Part shown: one piece after another, positions 39,065 to 52,547 of the stretch
How the letters are laid out: each line of letters starts with the position of its first letter
Numbering within the stretch: position 1 is the stretch's first letter
From: Ascidiella aspersa
Lineage: Eukaryota
Reading direction: 5' to 3'
DNA: 64,000 bases
Assembly: GCA_963924565.1 (NCBI GenBank)
Contig: OZ004609.1
Span: forward strand, 22,072,001 to 22,136,000
The notes under the pieces: generated by a model
What the model saw: only the letters and a program-made list of their open reading frames with translations
Databases searched by the model: none
Told to the model about the DNA's origin: nothing
Program-made: the position numbers and the translations under genes

Positions 39065-39588
39065 TAGGGTTCCTCTTTTTCCCGGATTTTTTCACTCCCG
39101 GGAAACGGGATTGACAAATGAAACTTCCCGGGAATCCTGACGAAATTTCTATGCCCTAATTACGTCATTATGATGTTTAAAATTACTTTATATTAGCTCC
39201 AAACGTTTAATTAAGCTCATATATGTTCTGTAGTATTCCTTCTGCAATCTTACAAGACGATCTCGTATTAAAGTCAGCACCCTTTTTTTTTTTTTTTTGC
39301 AAAACATTTTTTTTTGCAAAACATGCGCATACTAGGCGCATTTTTATTGGTAAAATAAATTTAATTACGTTTTTCCGCTGGTAAGCGCAAAAAAGCAGCT
39401 CAAGCATCGACTTTAATAGGTTTGGTGACATTTTTTTTCTTTGTGTTAGTCAAAAATGACAATTTTTTTAGTTTTGCTATGTTGCCGAATAACCGGGATT
39501 GTAAAAAAAATTTCCCAGGATTCGGGATTGTTAATTCGCGGGAAATCCCGGGAATTTCCCGTCGAAACATTCCCGGAGAGGAACCCTA
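39065..39588. mobile_element. hAT-type MITE rich in CCCGGGA motifs
   Basis: TIR tagggttcctct / agaggaacccta; perfect TSD ATTCCGTT at 39057-39064 and 39589-39596. A second, interrupted copy lies at about 34900-35150 plus 38729-38745. Confidence 0.88.
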
Positions 39589-39700
39589 ATTCCGTTGTCA
39601 CACAAACAGCCGAAGGAACAAACCAACAAGCATACAACTACAGTTTTAAAAAAAAACTTTTATTTTTCAGCCTTGTTTCTAAAAATATTTAAATAGTAAC

Positions 39701-41166
39701 ATGGCTCAGAAAGACAACCTTAATCCACAAATACATCAACGTGTCACTCCACGTCAGAGACCAATCAAATCCACTGATCTTGACAATGACATTCGTGATC
39801 CAGTTGACTCAAGGGAAGTGTTTGACATGATAAGGGATATAAATGATCCTGAACACCCACTTACTCTTGAGGACTTAAGAGTGGTTAATGAGGATGACAT
39901 CAAAGTCGACGATGGAAAAAGTTCTGTTGAGGTGATTTGTAGCATTGTACGCAGCGTTTCTGTTCTTATCCTTATTTGGCAACGCTCACTGACAGATCCA
40001 TAAATAAATCAGATCTAGTAAGATACAATTAAATGAGGCTTAATTTTATACCTGCTTGACCAACCATTATATTCCTGACTTGAAATTTGTTATATAAATG
40101 TCTTTTCAAAACAGCGTATTTAAACCCTAGTCCCCGAAAACAGGGTTTACCAAACTTTTTCATAAAAACCCGGATAACTGTAAGGCCTGACCACCGAGGG
40201 CATGATAACTGTTAGAATTTCTGATCGAGGGCTGAATATAAAAATTGTATTAAACTTTACTAACATGAATACAGTTATATTAACTTAGAAATACAAGCTA
40301 TCCTGACAATAGCCACTTCTTTTTAAAATTGTGCAGGTTTCAAACATGATTCTTTACAACCCTAAGGTGGTTTGTGCTTACATGGCAAAAACAATCGATG
40401 TGCACCTTAATTTTCGATTATTTGCCTGCCAAACAACACAAACTTCAAATTATGATTGAATACAAAACCAATTTAGCATTACAGGGCGGAGTAGCTAAAT
40501 AAAATACATATATATTACATTAAATGTAACAAACTAGTAACAGAATTACCATAACTGTTAGTTTGTATAACAATTTTTCTTACAAGATCTTGGACAACTA
40601 TGACTGAATTGTTGTTTTAATACCCCAAAATCAGCTATCCCTTTATAGTTATGTCCATTATCGAGTTATGCATACCAGAGTTGTTTTGTGCTTAAATGGT
40701 ATAATAATTTAATTGTGCAATCAAATAAATTAGGTGTACACTCAAAATGATTCTTAGTGATACACCTGTCACTAAAAACTTAAAAACTACAAAATCGATT
40801 CAGCATTGCAAGGTAGCTAAATAAAAAAATTGCAATATACAATATAAATGTTTTATAAAAGATTTTGTCCTTTCTGTTCTGACCCCCTCTTTTTCTTCGT
40901 AGGTTCTATTTACTCCCACAATTCCTCATTGCAGCATGGCAACTTTAATAGGATTGGCAATAAGAGTGCAGCTTCTGCGAACCTTGCCACCCAGATTTAA
41001 GGTTGCTGTTGAAATTTCTCCTGGATCACACCAGTCTGAAAAAGCTGTCAACAAGCAACTTGCAGACAAGGAAAGAGTTGCTGCCGCCCTGGAAAATCAG
41101 AACCTTCTGCATGTTGTGAACCAATGCCTCACTCTTAAAAACTCTCAATATGGTTCAGCTGTATAG
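39701..41166 (+). CDS. CIAO2B: cytosolic iron-sulfur assembly component 2B (MIP18/FAM96B), 164 aa
   Basis: Exons 39701-39931 and 40903-41166: [65 protein letters not shown]. Confidence 0.95.
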
Positions 41167-41369
41167 ACTTGACTTTTATCTTACTTTTACTTTCAATCAA
41201 TATTTTATGAAAAGTATATTCACTTATGGGGCATAACTTTATACTAATTTGGTAAAACCATAATTTTTGTTTTTTGCAAACCTTGTAAAAAACAGTTGCA
41301 ACCTAAAAATCGTTTACCAAAATCAGCCAGTCTAATTAGGATTTTCATGTAGGCAAGGCAAGAAAACTC

Positions 41370-41625
41370 TATGCTGTTGTAAGGTTTCAACTAACAACCT
41401 CCAGCCAAACCGAGACCATCACTCTACCAACTGAGATATACAGGCTCCGTGGGAGGTTGTCGAGAAACGGCTATGGCACTGTTAACTGCTGCATCTTGGT
41501 CATACATAGAACCTCATTCAAAGGGAATCAACACCCCTGCCTGGGTGCTGTGGTTCTCGTCCAGTTACTAATGAGCATGTGTAGCTCAGTCCGGAGGTTG
41601 TGAGCATGAAATTCTAAAAAGGCCG
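41370..41625. repeat. tRNA-derived repeat: two outward-facing tRNA-like units around a core of about 125 bp
   Basis: Minus unit 41447-41370 (gagcctgtatatctcagttggtagagtg...) and plus unit from 41573 (gagcatgtgtagctcagt..., internally deleted). The core is similar to the flank of the copy at 54912-54962. Confidence 0.6.
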
Positions 41626-41809
41626 GCTTATTTCAGTAAGCCTTTTCAAAGACTAAATGTGTGCTGTATCATTGACCAAAGTGACTGTAGAAAAGTTTTG
41701 TTTAATGTGTGTATGAATTTCATTGGTGTAGATATATTTGTTTAAATTAACAATGTTGTCATATTTTAAAATGCAGATTAACAATTAAATTGAATAATGT
41801 TTGTTAAAA

Positions 41810-44800
41810 ATGACTGAAATTGCATTGATTCATCTGGGCAAATTAGTGTCATTTTGTTGCAAGCAAGACAAAGATTCAGTTACAACTCTTTGTGCATCAG
41901 TGTATTGCCACTCCACATTTTCAAAGGTGTATGACTTTGAAAAACACATTATTACTAAACTTAATGGAAATTGGACTATTTTGAAGGCGCAATGTGTTGC
42001 CAGCAGTGTGTCATGTACAACTCAGCCATGCATTTTGTTGTTAGAAAATGTCAAACAGCAGTTGCATGTATTCTCCCTTAAAAAATTTAATAAAATTGTA
42101 AAAGAAATAAAAGTTTCTTTGCCAACACTACCCTGCCATACATTTGAAAACTTCAGTTCTGGAAAAGCATTTATAATGAATGGACCAGCGCTGCTCTTTT
42201 TTGATATTACAAACAGCAAAGCAATACTTGTAAACAAATCATGTACAATGCAAGTGATGTTACCAAACAGTTTAGTAGATATTTTTGTTGTGCATACATT
42301 TGGAGACTTCTTATTAGAAACTTTACTACTTCTAACGGTGCAGTCCAATGAAGTCAGAAATGAATCCTGCATGGTAGAACGGGGTAATAAACCAATTGAA
42401 TCACAGTGGAAATGGATGCAGTTAACAATTCAACAGCAAGTCTCAAAAATTAATATTTGTTTTGATGAAGGCCCTACATTGCCTAATGTCTATTCGAGTT
42501 TGGTGAATGATGTTTTGTTATGGAAAAATGAAGAAGGTTTGTTTTTCCTGTTTTTTTGTAAATAATAACTTTATAGCTTTTTAAACTAATTGTCCCCAAA
42601 CAACCTGAATTGCAAGTAATATTTGTTGTACTGTGAATTTCATATTATAACCATATTTATTAAAAACAAAAACATTAGAAATAAACCAAAAAAAAATGAA
42701 AAAATGTCTTGTTATGTTTTGTTATGAACGATCTGTTTAGGTAACTGATGTTTTGTTTTTAAGAATATATTGTTTTCCTTCTAACCAATAGTCAACAAGT
42801 GATTATGGTCAAGGATGGCAATGTTGTTGATTGCTGTGATTTATCACCTCATACAGAGTGTTACTCCTTGAAAATAGTTGGAAGTAAAAGCTCTGCATTG
42901 CTCTTTGTAGAATGCAAAAATAAAATTGTTCTTGCTATCCCATTTTCAACATTTAAGGTAAGTGAAATCCATTTAACAAAATATTTTGTAGCATCTGGCA
43001 TTAACAAAGATTTTGTAGCATCTGGCCTTTAAAAATTGTGAAGTTAACAAGAAAGTTGAACTAGGTTTGTCTTTTATAGGTTCAGAAAACATGGGATAAT
43101 GTTGAACATACAGTATTAGGTGCTGTGTGTATTCCACCTAAAGTTTTAGAATCTGTCCTAATTTTACAGACACAATGTGGAAGCGTACAGGTTTGTCATA
43201 CTTCACTTGTTGTTAGCAAGGTTGCAAGTTGTAACTTTGTTATTATTTTATCACAGATCCAACCGGAGCAGTTTAGCATTCTGACTAATCTTGAAGATAT
43301 TTTAGTATGTGAAAACAAATCATGTTAGTAAATAAAACTTAGTAAAAATCTTTAACAATTAAATGGGCTAAAATAAAAAAATTACTTGCAAAAAAGTTGA
43401 CCAAAGACCACTTGGTTTGAAGTATAATGATCCAACATATTTAATGTTTTTGTATTTCACTTACAACTTGAGCCTAGATTATTGCTATTAATCTATGTTT
43501 GTTTTTCTAATTATTATAGTGAAGGTTAATGGAAATGCAGAGGTAATGGATGATTTATTTTTGCATTCACCCCCAGTGGTTGCAATTGAAGAAGTAAAAA
43601 ATAATGCAATGCTAAATAAAGTGTTTGCAGCTTTGGATGGGAATAAGCAAAAATTAATGGCAGATAATGAACATTTTCGGTAGTGGACTCAACTATAATC
43701 AACAGTAATTTATTCATTGAAAATATATAATTTTTTATGTTATTTTATTAGAGATACACTTTGTCATAAAGATGAAGTGATTAAAAGAACTCGGATTGCT
43801 ATTAGACAGATGAACAACGATATTGAGAAAACTAACAAACAGAAATGTAACCCTTCTGTGGATAAGGTAAAAATTTTTAGATAAAAATACAGCTAAAAAG
43901 CACCCTCGTTTTGCCTCATTTCAATTAAACTATAGTTTGTATTTTCAGAAATTTGATTCTGGGCTTGTTGACCTGTTTTCAGGCGAACCAGCTACAACGG
44001 ATCCTCTTACAGTTGACTTACAAAAAGTATTAGATTTGGGGCAAACCTGGAAGAAAACTATTGGAGATCATTTCTTTTTCGGTTTTGAGATTAAAAACTG
44101 CAGCACTGGGTACATTAAATAATTCGTACTTTACACCCGTTATCAGGTTAGTTTAACCGGTTTTCGAAAATTGTTTCACTGTTTTCGTTTACAGACCACT
44201 ATCAAATATGTCGGTAGTTTTATCTCCTAAATGTCCAACAAAAGAACTACTCACGATCGAAAGCAAAGTGTACAAGCTTGAAATTAGTGATACCAATTGT
44301 GACATTAAATTGCAGTCTGGGCGTAAAGAAGAGAGCTCTACATCTGGGATACCCATAGACAACCGTTGTTCCGAAATTTTGGTTTCAAATGAAATTGCGT
44401 CGATTGTTGTTTCGGGCAGATTGCCAGATTTTAATCACGATCGAACTAAAGTAACATTCGATGCAACGATTGTAGCGTGCAAGCTGATTAACGAAGCTTG
44501 CAATGAAAATCGTTTTCTGTTTTCCGCCGGAGAATTGTCCCTTACTGCCAACGAAATAGCCACTGGCAGTCTGGAGATGGATCCAATTCATTTAATAAAG
44601 GCCCCGCTATCAGGTAATTAAAGTTTGTGACTCATCGTAAATAGTCGCCAACGGAATATATAGAATTACGTTTTACATAAAATCAAGTCTTTACTACCTT
44701 AGCTACAAATCAATGAGAATAGTTCCTCACGTAGATATATTTATCAGTTAATGTAATTAAAAGATGTTGAGCGTAAACCGTAACTTTCTTACTTAAGATT

Positions 44801-47259
44801 ACCTAATTAATAGATTAGCTAATCAATAGGATAACATGGTACAGTTAAAATGGCCAAAAGCTAAATTTACATTAAACGACTTTTGTCTCGGATGATACTG
44901 AGAGATTGCCAAACACCATCAATTAAGCATTGTTTAGTAAAAGTTCAATTATTTCTGTCAACAGAAGATTTTACTCGTTGTATGATAACCACTGAGGCCT
45001 ACTGCTCATCTGTATCTCGGTTCACAGTCTGGTCGAAAACGCACGATGTTGCAGCCTCACTAAAGGTACCAAAGCCTGCCAATGAGTGCCATCGGTGTCT
45101 TTCCCACTTAACTCGAAAAGCAACGTGTTTTTTGTAGATTCTGCTCCAATCGCTAGATTTTGCGTGCAATTTGTTGACACCTGAGTATATATGCGCGAAG
45201 CGCGGTGCCCTTTACCTTACACAAGTTCAAATTGACCCAGTAGAAACAAGACGGGCGAAGGTGGTTGTACGATCGAGGTGGGTTCGGTTAACATGTTTAA
45301 TTTCAAAACAGCGTTTTGGCAAAGAGTGGCACTCAATTAACACTAGATTTACCGCGTGGTGGAGACGAGGATGCGAACATTTTTTCCACAATGTGCAAAA
45401 AATGTGCGCACATTTTAAAATGCCCCCAAAATGTGCGCACTTTTTTTTAACAATGTGAAAAAAAGTGCGCACCTTTTTAACCGATGTGGGCTCATTTTAA
45501 ACTGCCGTCAAAAAAGTGCGCACCTTTTTGAACAATGTGCGCACATTTCAAAAAGCCTTCAAAATGTGCGCCCTTTTTTTAACAATGTGAAAAAAGTGCG
45601 CACCTTTTTAACTGATGTGGGCTCATTTTAAACTGCCGTCAAAAAAGTGCGCACCTTTTTGAACAATGTGCGCACATTTCAAAATGCCTTCAAAATGTGC
45701 ACACTTGTTTTTACAATGTGCGCACATTTTGAACTGCTTTCAAAAAAGTGCGCACCTTTTTAAACAATGTGGGCACATTTTAAAAAAGCCTTCACAATGT
45801 GCGCACAAACTGTAACTCTAAAAACTCTTACTCTTACTCTAACTCTAACTTTAACCCTAACTTAAAAATGTGCGCACATTTTGAAGGCATTTCATTTTGT
45901 TAAACTCGGAAAATAGCATTTATCCATTGCGAGGTCCATTTTGCCCCGCCTTCCCCTAGGTGTATTTCAGATCACTTTTTATCTGTCCCTCAAGACATTT
46001 TATGTTTTTCGTGTGTCCCCTTTTAAACAATGCCCCTTCCCTTAGTGGTGGCTACCTCCAGGTCGAAATCACCGACTTAAAACAAAAGGTTTTCGTGCGC
46101 AAAAATGTGTAAAAAAACACTTTTTTTTCACAATGTGCGCATATTTTTGGCACATTTTGGCGTGCACATTTTTGCCCCATTGTGCAAAATAACGCCACGT
46201 CCCCATTGGCGTGGTGGCCTAGGATTACCGCGAGCGGTCAATATGACCGATATCCAATAGAGATAAAAATTCATTTCATGCTATAAGTTGTCTTTACTAT
46301 TGAGAGACCTAAACCTTTTATAAGTGTGAGAATTATACGCTTTACGCTCCATTATAATACCATGCTCAGGAATAAACTTCATAGACCATAGCTATACGAA
46401 TGGCGTTGGTGGCACCCAACCTGTTTTTCGCTGCGTAGAGGGAATTTGTTTTTTGTTTTTTTCTTACTTTCGCTTTCTGCTTCCTTCAACCATCGAATTT
46501 TGATAAGAATGAACTCGAAAGTAACTTACTGTTACCAGCTACTTAGCAATTGTCCGATGGTTGTTTTTAAATAATAGCGAAACAAAATTCTATTGTTTAG
46601 CGCGATTTTATTCGTGGAGGAATTCGAATTACTATACAGTTGAAATGATCGTTGGCGGTAATTCAAGGTAATGCGATTCTCATCTCGAACTGTGGTTATT
46701 GTAATAAACTAAAAATTTACCTGCCAAAAGTTGACCCGAGGAAAAGTCAAGAAGTTTTAATATTTTAACAGTTACCAAAGCGGAAATATAAACGATTAAA
46801 AATCAAAAACGGTCAAAAAATGACCGCACCGATAATTCCAGTGCTAAAGCTAGTAACCTTTAATTTAGGAACAATCCGTCTGTTCTGTTTCCCGTTGAAT
46901 CAACCTTTCACCACTTCGGTGTATATGGTAATTAATCTTTCACAAACTTCGTTTAGGACTTTTATTAGTGGCATGAAAATCTATTTTTTAATTGTTTTGT
47001 TATTTTCAGTAATTTTCTGTTTTTCCTCTTAAGATCCAAAAATCAAAGTAATCTACTTATAAGCTTCTTCGGCGAACAGATGCCTCGCATCTTACACTTT
47101 GAAACTTGTGGCAACCGTAGCAGCAACCAAAATACATCGGCATACAGCGACCATATTCCGAATATTGGAAAGGCTGAAACAGCATCCAGCAAATTTAACC
47201 TGGTCGATATCCTAAAAGAACAGTTACTTTTAAATGAATTGGAACTGGATGCGTTGTGA
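41810..47259 (+). CDS. FANCB: Fanconi anemia group B protein-like, 11 exons
   Basis: Exons 41810-42536, 42764-42957, 43080-43190, 43257-43323 (donor ambiguous), 43520-43679, 43752-43866, 43949-44109, 44195-44613, 44965-45065, 45138-45277, 47034-47259. Collinear resemblance to FANCB as I recall it: IMNGPALLF (VLNGPLILW), LPNVYSSLV (IPPAYSSVV), LTNSQQVIMVKDG (LTRKNQLISFQNG), FKVQKTWDNV (FQVAAKWEKL). Confidence 0.8.
45362..46208. mobile_element. GAG...TTG-terminus element with TGTGCGCAC-rich tandem repeats in the last FANCB intron
   Basis: TSD GCGTGGTG at 45354-45361 and 46209-46216; ends gagacgaggatgcgaac ... aataacgccacgtccccattg. Confidence 0.85.
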
Positions 47260-49466
47260 CAAAAGTGTGTTTGAACGAAGTTTAAACAAATATACTGCTT
47301 ATGTTGATCTATAAGTTGCAACTTTATCCCTAAACCAGCAATTGGCACCCCCAGGTAGGAGAGGAAGACGCCTCGCCATCCTGAAGGTTTAAAAATATGT
47401 TATCCTTGGTCTTGCCGACGTCCGGAAATTCACCAAAACTAGATGGGTTAAAGATAAGGAGCTTAAATTTTCAGTCTAAAACAGATCTCGGGCACGTATA
47501 ACCGTGTACAATAGGCTGCTGCTAACATAGACGTGGAACAGGTGATAGGCCCGGACACCAACACATGTCGTTTTAAGTCAGTGATTTCGACCTTGAGGTA
47601 GCCACCTCCGAAGGAAGGGGTTGCTATTGTTTAAAAGGGGCACACGAAAAGCATAAAATGTCATGAGGAACCGGTAAAAAGTGATCTGAAACACATAGGG
47701 AAAGGCGGGGCAAAGTGAACCCGTAAGCGTAAGGAATAAATGCTATTTTTCGAGTTTTATGAAATAATTTTTGATCAGTAGCCCAGTGCAGCAATTGAAA
47801 GGTCCAACTGAAAATTACTCCTATGCTAAAAAAACAACTTGAAACAGAATACCCTTCTTTTAACTCCGATATCGTAGCAAAGTATTAGAAAATAGAGGTG
47901 TAATGCAAAATAACCCCACCTGGTAAAGCATATATGCTGATAGTAAAAGGTACTATCGCGGCATTTGTTGATTAAAAACAAGTGCAATATGCAACCAGAG
48001 CAGTGAATCTCAAGTGTGTCCCAGAACGTAATATTAAAAAATAATTAATTCATTAATCTATGACTAAAATTGGTATGCAGCCAAGGTCGCGAGAATGTAC
48101 AATATCTCTCCTATAACTGATTGATAAGGGTGTGGTGTTTACAAGCTACCTTGTCTTGAATCAAGTGCCATTGTTATAAATAAATGTACAACTTGGCAAA
48201 AATGTGCTGCTATTTTTTACTAAATAAAAACGTAGTATGGTCTATGACCAGAAGTCTACATCACCCGTCATTGTAAAATTAGGCATTTATAAAAAAACCT
48301 AGCGTAAGAAATATCTTAACTTTAAATACGATTAGCAGAATTTTAAGAAACGTGTGGCTCCAAACAATCTAAACAAACAACTCTAGGTATAACGTAGCTG
48401 TCAAACTTTTGACCGCGGGTTTATAAATTCTAAAATATTTATAGTTTAATCAAAAACGATAGTTTTATGCATTTTGGCAAAAAATGAAACATTGTATTTT
48501 TATAATCCACTAATAACAACAATTAACTCACACATCGCCGTTGCTGACTTAACGCTATATCAGTTTATTTATTAAAAACATAATATCTGCGCCTGAAGCA
48601 ATTCGTTTTTCACCACACTATCAACTACCGTTTAAAAAAAAGAGTTGACTTAGACTTCAGTTATTTCACAAACGACTTGACTGGGACTTAAGTAGTTTTA
48701 AAATGACTTGTTTATAAAACTGAGAAACCTGCGTTGTTAGTTTACAAGGAGGCGTAATGCAATAAGACTCAATAACGGCAACAGACAAAAAACTTTCGAT
48801 TTAGCATGGCTAGTGGCCCCATTTAAAGTATTGTAATGAGTCACTGTTTCCAAATGCATTAATTAAATTAAGTATTTTAAGTTGAATTAATTGACTTGAC
48901 TATAGTTAGGTGTTTTGGACAAATAATTTTTGGTTGAAATGAAGTGTTTTTTTAAATTTTTTTGTAAAATTTGTTATTTTAATCATAATTTTTTCGTATA
49001 AAACGATTTGCTTGCTATGTTGCATTTTTATAATTTTAGTCGATTTGCGGCATATTATCGGACACGTTTACCAATTTTAATAGTTTTACATTTCATTTTA
49101 TGTCAAGGACTTGACTAAAAGTTGAATTGCTCTAATTATAACTTGTGTGGGACTAGACTTATAACTCGGACTGATATCGACATTACTTGTTATTTATTAA
49201 CAAATACTTGACTTGGATGATTAAAAATGACCCTTTTATTGAAAAACAAAGTTTTGCACAAATGCAATCCAAGTAATTTTAAGTGTAAGGTATTACAGCA
49301 CTATAGCTAGCCTTTACAGTCTTGTACCTTATGGGGTGCCTTTTAAACCTTACCTAAGCTGTAGAGAGTAATTTTACCATCCATTATAAACAGTCCGCTG
49401 CCGAGCTGTTAAATGCCCCCGAATAGCGGCCAAGCTGAAAGCAGACGTCTAAGACACTATATAGAA

Positions 49467-50812
49467 CAGGGATGGCGAACAACTGACCCGCGGGTCTCGA
49501 AGTGACCACCACAGATTTTCAATGACCCACTTGTAAATCTAGAAATATATGTCTTCAATCATCTTCAGGAAAGCGTAAATGTAAAAAAATAATTTTTGTG
49601 GGTCGTGCAAAAGTGTTTTAGGGGTGACGGTTAGGCCTATGACTGCACTTCAAAATGCGTGCAGAAGAGCAGACAACTAAAATCATTTTGTTTATCGCTG
49701 TAAAACATTAAGGGTGGCAATCCTTTAAGACGGGGGCGGCCATCTTCTCAAGTCGGCGGGCGGAAAAAAAGGACTTGGCGGGCCGGATTTCTAGTCAATA
49801 TATACATTGTACTGCTATAGCCTACATGTTTTTGTCGCACACGGCAACACATTCATTGCACAGCAAACATATTGCTTTTTTTCAGTAGCGGTACTTGGGC
49901 ATCCAATCCTTGTTAAATTTACACCTTTACGTTTCTTGGCAAGTTTCCAGGGAAAATGTTGTTTGTAAATTCTAAATCTAGTTTGGGTACACACAATTGG
50001 AAGCAACAATACCTAAAGCAGAAAAATCAATAATGCCAAAACACCAACGACATAATAAAGCCAATTAGGCCTACACAGTAATACCCACGACAGAATAAGA
50101 ACTTAATCGTCTGAATAAGACATAAATCTGTCGGAAAGGTATGGCATCGGCCGTTTTGGTGTCGAATTTTGGGCGCCCTGGAGGGTGCCGTTATGGCGCC
50201 GCTGTTTGGCCTTTGATTTTCTGGCCCTGTTTGGGGTTATAGGTGGGAAAGGGTTGAAACTGATGTCATTAGAAAAGTTAGTGATGTAACTAATAATTAC
50301 TATTATTTGACGTACCGGTAGTAAGCAGGTAGTGGGGGATTGCGGCAGACTGTTGCCGCCGGCCACATTATCATGTAACACCGGAAACGCTCAAAATCTC
50401 ATCGCCGGTCCGGCCCGCGGGCCGTATTTTACCCGCCGCTGCTTTAAGGGATATTACCAAATGCGTGCAGAAAATCAGACAACTAAAAGCAGTTTGTTCA
50501 TCGCTGTTAAACGTTACGGGTGGCGATCCTTTAAGATCGCAGAATAAAAATTCTAAAAACCCTGGTTAAACCATGCTTGAAAGCTTTCTGCTGAACTCCT
50601 GTTACACCATAAAAAAGCTGCAGCATTTCTTAACTATTTAGGTTCTTAATATTCGTTTGAACCCGAATTTGGAAATCGCCCAAAAACCTTGAAATACCTA
50701 ACCTGACATTAACACTTAAAACGACGCAGCAGCAAAGTTAGCATATAATTACATTTTGTAAGGATTAAGTCGTTTTTGTGACCCGCGCTTTGAAAAAGGT
50801 TAGCCATCGCTG
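49467..50812. mobile_element. hAT Charlie-like element with a second hAT MITE nested at about 49731-50441
   Basis: TIR cagggatggcgaac / gttagccatcgctg, TSD ATATAGAA/CTATAGAA. The inner element is flanked by CTTTAAGA/CTTTAAGG. Confidence 0.7.
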
Positions 50813-52547
50813 CTATAGAACAAAAGTGACGACGGATTGTTACCCACTGGAGTTTACGTTGTAACTATGATGATTAGTCTTGCTTGCAACTGTATTTGAT
50901 TGTATTAAGAAGCTTAGATTTGTCGGTCTCAGAAAAAATCTGGCACAAAAAGTAATGAACGATCGTCAAAAGTTTAACGCCACAAGTCTAATTAGCCTAC
51001 TCATGCACATGGCGGAAACAGGCTTCTTGAATTTTTTCTGTTTTCATCACAATGGTAGCCAACAGAATGAAACCATATATTTTATAGCAATAGGTTTTCT
51101 TCAAGTTCAGTGGCTGTTTAATTGTAATGGTTGCGGTGTTCATTGGTTTTAAGAAATGGTATTTCGAGCAAATCTCGAAATTTAACCTACTGCATAAAAT
51201 ATTCTCAAGGCCAAAATATTGTAATATAAATTATTTTTTGAAGTTTAAAGAGTTGTAAAGAGATTTTTTTTTGTTGGGTAAACTCGATGACCTAACCTAG
51301 AGTCGACTTTTAAGAATTACCATAAAGGTATAAGGCTATGTACCGTCAATCGCCGCACGATGTTAGGCTCCTGTGAGCAGTTGGCAAAAAAACGCCGCAG
51401 TCCTGCGTTAGCAGTTAACGACCACATAAGTAAATTATTCGCTGGTCACTTTACGAACCAATCTCTAAAACGAAGCAGTTAAAGTCCGGATTAAACCAGA
51501 TACGGCGGCGCAAACCGGTCAGAACAAGTGACTGAATAGCAAACAGTTAAACCGAAAACCTGGGCTTTATATATAGGTGCGTTTAAGTATTTATGCCTTT
51601 TGATTACCCGTGATTTAGCAAATGGGATTACGAAAGAAAATCAGCAACTTGTGTAGCGAGGCTATTCAAGCTTTGACCAGTTTTAACGCTTAGGGTTGCA
51701 CAACGTGTAAATTATAAAATAAAAGTTGTGTGGAATAATTATGTTAACACAAGCTAAACACGTATGATTGATAAATTTGTTGTTGCTGGCCAAAAATGCC
51801 ATTGGAATTTGAAAGAAAAAAAAGAGTTTTTTTTAAATATTTGTAGTAGCGCATCTAGTAATTTTAGAAGTTATGTATCGGCAAAACTATTTTTGTTCAC
51901 GAGTCGAGCAATTTATTTTATGACTAAATATTTTGTTTTAAAGTTTTGTTAGATTATTTTAGTTTCTTTTGCATAAAATAAGAGCGTGATCATTAACACC
52001 CGATACTTAATAATTAAAGCAGGCCGGTTTAATAGTGTGACCTGTATGGATGCAGCAGGTTTTGAAACATGCGTATTCTACAAAGCGCTAATTAGGTTTT
52101 TATGAACATTGCTATGCTAAATTTAGACACGCGTCACAAAAGAACAACCTGCTGGGTTATCGCAACATTGTCTGCTTCGTTGTAGTAGTTAAGTACAAAA
52201 TAAACTTTTTTTTTGTACAGCGCAGTAACACAAATTGTTTCATTGATTAACGGTTAAACGGCTATAATTTTAAGAGCAAGAAATTCGCTTCAACAGGCTC
52301 AACGTTAGCTAAATTCTGCCCTAAATTTGTCTGCAGTAAGTCTGTTTATTTGCTATTGTTATCAGGAACAGTTCACTGGCTACGACATTCAAAAAATATA
52401 ACTTAAATTAGCGCAAAGCCCGAACATTTTTGTGTTTACCTATTGTTAAAATATACCGGTAGGCAAAAAAGATTCGCCTTAAAGTATTTTAAGCCGATTT
52501 GGTTACATGTTTTAATATTTTTAACAGAAGTAATTGGCTTGGATTAG

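Noticed and set aside
40370-40830. Diverged direct repeat of about 140 bp in the CIAO2B intron, considered as tandem snoRNAs
   Set aside because: No convincing C/D or H/ACA architecture; probably a decayed repeat.
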